Of a stretch of 64,000 nt of DNA, positions 62,136 through 64,000 are shown piece by piece. The DNA comes from Andalucia godoyi And28. Its lineage: Eukaryota; Protista; Jakobida. The notes beneath the pieces were generated by a model. It ran no database searches and had not been told where the DNA came from. It saw nothing but the letters and a program-made list of their open reading frames with translations. The translations under genes were made by a program, and so were the position numbers. The stretch covers positions 1 through 64,000 of the forward strand of contig VRVR01000034.1 of the NCBI GenBank assembly GCA_009859145.1, written 5' to 3'. Each line of letters starts with the position of its first letter. The first letter of the stretch is position 1.

Positions 62136-62181
62136 CAGTCTTCAGTCTTCAGTCTTCAGTCTTCAGTCTTCAGTCTTCAGT
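62136..62181. repeat. (CAGTCTT)6 heptamer repeat
   Basis: Six units plus a partial unit. Confidence 0.95.
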
Positions 62182-62249
62182 GTTTTGGGAGTACCATTGT
62201 TCGCACAGTTTGGGATTGTCGAGTGTCGGTACGAGGGGTAGTGGATGAG

Positions 62250-64000
62250 ATGTACAGGATTCAGTACTTTGTGCATGTGAACGAGGCTGTGTTGCCGATG
62301 GAAGCCAGCTTCGACAATATGACCGACGAAGATATCACGTCGACTCTTCGTGCTTCGCAGGCGTTCTTCGAGTACGGACTAGGGTATCCGTTCCGCGTGG
62401 TGTGGCTGGACGAAAGACACCGCTCCATCAAGGGAAGCATCCAAGGTGCTGCAGAGTACGTCAAGCACTTTTTTCAAACACAGCTGCAAGGTGTCTCTTA
62501 TTCTCGGTCGCGGTCGTCGAGAAAGGCCAATGCTGCGCCGTTGGAGCTCCACGTTCTTGCCACTACTCTTTCACAGCATCCCGTTGAATCAGACTCTCCT
62601 GCAGACGGCCCGGTCGTCGCAGATAGCCCTCTTCCCGAGTATTCCTCGTCCTCGGCATTGCAGCTGGCATTGCCGCCACACAAGGCTGCTGCTTTGGAAG
62701 ACCCGGTGCCGCAGACTCTTTCCAGCCTGTCCATTGCAGCGGCAGCTCCACAGACTACGCTACCCGATGCTTCAGCCTCCTCTGCTCGGCGCCCGAACGA
62801 ACCGCTTATTACTCCAAGAACAGCCGAAAGCAGTCACATCTTGGCCAGTTCGACCCTGGTATCCACGACTCTTCCTGCTGCATCGGCGTCGAATGATCCC
62901 GCTCTTTCATTAGATGCATCGGCAGTCTCCAGTTCTGGATCTTCAAAGCTTCGAATCGCTCTTCCCGCTTCGTCTGCTGCTCGTGCTCGTGCTCGTGCTC
63001 CTTTGTCTATGGAGTGCGCGAACGAGGCCGTCCACGTGACTGCGCCAAAGTCTGTGCTAACAGGCTTGACGAAACCTGCCGACTCGGAGTTGCTCGCCTC
63101 GCCGGTCTCCTCTATCCCTATCGCCCAGTCCTCTGCTGCTACGACTGTGACGGCGACGGTAGAGAGCTCCAGTGCCTCCGCCATTGAATTGAGTCCTCCA
63201 AAACATTCCCAAGGCACCACGCGGGCCGTCCTTGTTCCTCCTTCTCTGCCACACGCCTCTTCTTCTTCTCTACCTGCCACTGCTCTTGCTCCAGTTGCTT
63301 TTCCTGTTGTCGTTCCTGTTACTGCTCTTGCGAACGTAGTATCACATGCGAGTGGATTGACGTCCTCTGTGTCCTCGGAGGTAGCGAACTCGGGAATCGA
63401 TATCAGTAGCAAACCCATTCGCAAGCGTTCGTCTACTTCTCCTGCAAAAGAGCGCGTTTTGCCAAACAGAGCAAAGCGTTCTTATTACGGTAACCCGCTC
63501 AAGCAGAGAGATGACTATGCTTCGGATGCAGAGCACGATGATGTACAGGAGATGCAGTCCGGTAGCCCTCCGACACTGTCGAGCTCCACGAATACGGACA
63601 CCCCCACTCAAGAATCGCTTCCAGAACACGCGATTGCAAAAAAGGAATGGAAGCCGGATGCGAATCGAGAAGAACGCGCTTCCACCACAGTTCCGTCAAA
63701 TCTCGTCGTCCCCGCTGTTTCAAAGACTCTTACGATTCCTTCCAAATCATTTATTGGATTAGTCTCTGCGAGCCCTGCGGCGCAGCACGACGCTCGTAAG
63801 CAGCTATCGGATAGGCCGCTCTCCGGAGCTTCATCGGCCGGCGATCATGTTGCCATGCGGGAAGCACCCTTGGTGTCCAGTACCAATGTCGCTTCCAAAT
63901 CCGCGGATTCCCATTCCGTTAATGCTGTCCAGAAGCATCTCGTGCCTCATGACAGCAAGTCCGATAACCATCCTGGGAACGATAAAGAAGTTGAAGACGA
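62250..64000 (+). CDS. Partial CDS running off the window: small folded N-terminal domain then Ser/Pro/Ala-rich region
   Basis: ATG 62250 (MYRIQYFVHVNEAVLPM..YPFRVVWLDE); manual translation finds no stop up to 64000. It is absent from the ORF track, presumably because it has no stop codon in the window. Confidence 0.75.
   Translation, partial: MYRIQYFVHVNEAVLPMEASFDNMTDEDITSTLRASQAFFEYGLGYPFRVVWLDERHRSIKGSIQGAAEYVKHFFQTQLQGVSYSRSRSSRKANAAPLELHVLATTLSQHPVESDSPADGPVVADSPLPEYSSSSALQLALPPHKAAALEDPVPQTLSSLSIAAAAPQTTLPDASASSARRPNEPLITPRTAESSHILASSTLVSTTLPAASASNDPALSLDASAVSSSGSSKLRIALPASSAARARARAPLSMECANEAVHVTAPKSVLTGLTKPADSELLASPVSSIPIAQSSAATTVTATVESSSASAIELSPPKHSQGTTRAVLVPPSLPHASSSSLPATALAPVAFPVVVPVTALANVVSHASGLTSSVSSEVANSGIDISSKPIRKRSSTSPAKERVLPNRAKRSYYGNPLKQRDDYASDAEHDDVQEMQSGSPPTLSSSTNTDTPTQESLPEHAIAKKEWKPDANREERASTTVPSNLVVPAVSKTLTIPSKSFIGLVSASPAAQHDARKQLSDRPLSGASSAGDHVAMREAPLVSSTNVASKSADSHSVNAVQKHLVPHDSKSDNHPGNDKEVED

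Overview
Gene-dense, intron-poor eukaryotic (protist-like) nuclear DNA; the organism cannot be named from sequence alone. About 29 host CDS, mostly conserved housekeeping genes: CCT1/TCP1, a VTT/TVP38-family protein, a WD40 protein, an SLC17-type MFS, MGM101, ATG18/WIPI, USP7, an S41-like peptidase, an RCC1-repeat protein, PIG-L, DeSI-PUL, ATG16, PLAC8, GID4, a tandem-BRCT 53BP1/Crb2-like protein, ATE1, PABP, an ankyrin protein, NOP58, LUC7, PRMT5, a mitochondrial carrier, a CBS-domain protein, a GRIPAP1-like protein and DIM1. Five spliceosomal introns can be inferred, all with a GTATGT donor. The main accessory finding is an IS607-type element at 29.65-30.77 kb. It has an intact-looking serine recombinase (TnpA) overprinted in the +1 frame by a Fanzor2/TnpB-type ORF. 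That ORF is now a pseudogene: one stop, four +1 homopolymer frameshifts, and no RuvC half. Other intergenic gaps hold a decayed PIF1/Helitron-type helicase, one or two possible TnpB C-terminal relics, and a three-copy dispersed repeat of unknown origin. Two box C/D snoRNA candidates were found by eye, one in the PABP intron with a 13-nt guide matching a conserved LSU rRNA site. ATE1 carries an insert resembling the N-terminal tRNA-binding domain of arginyl-tRNA synthetase. All homology calls are manual motif recognition; no database searches were run.
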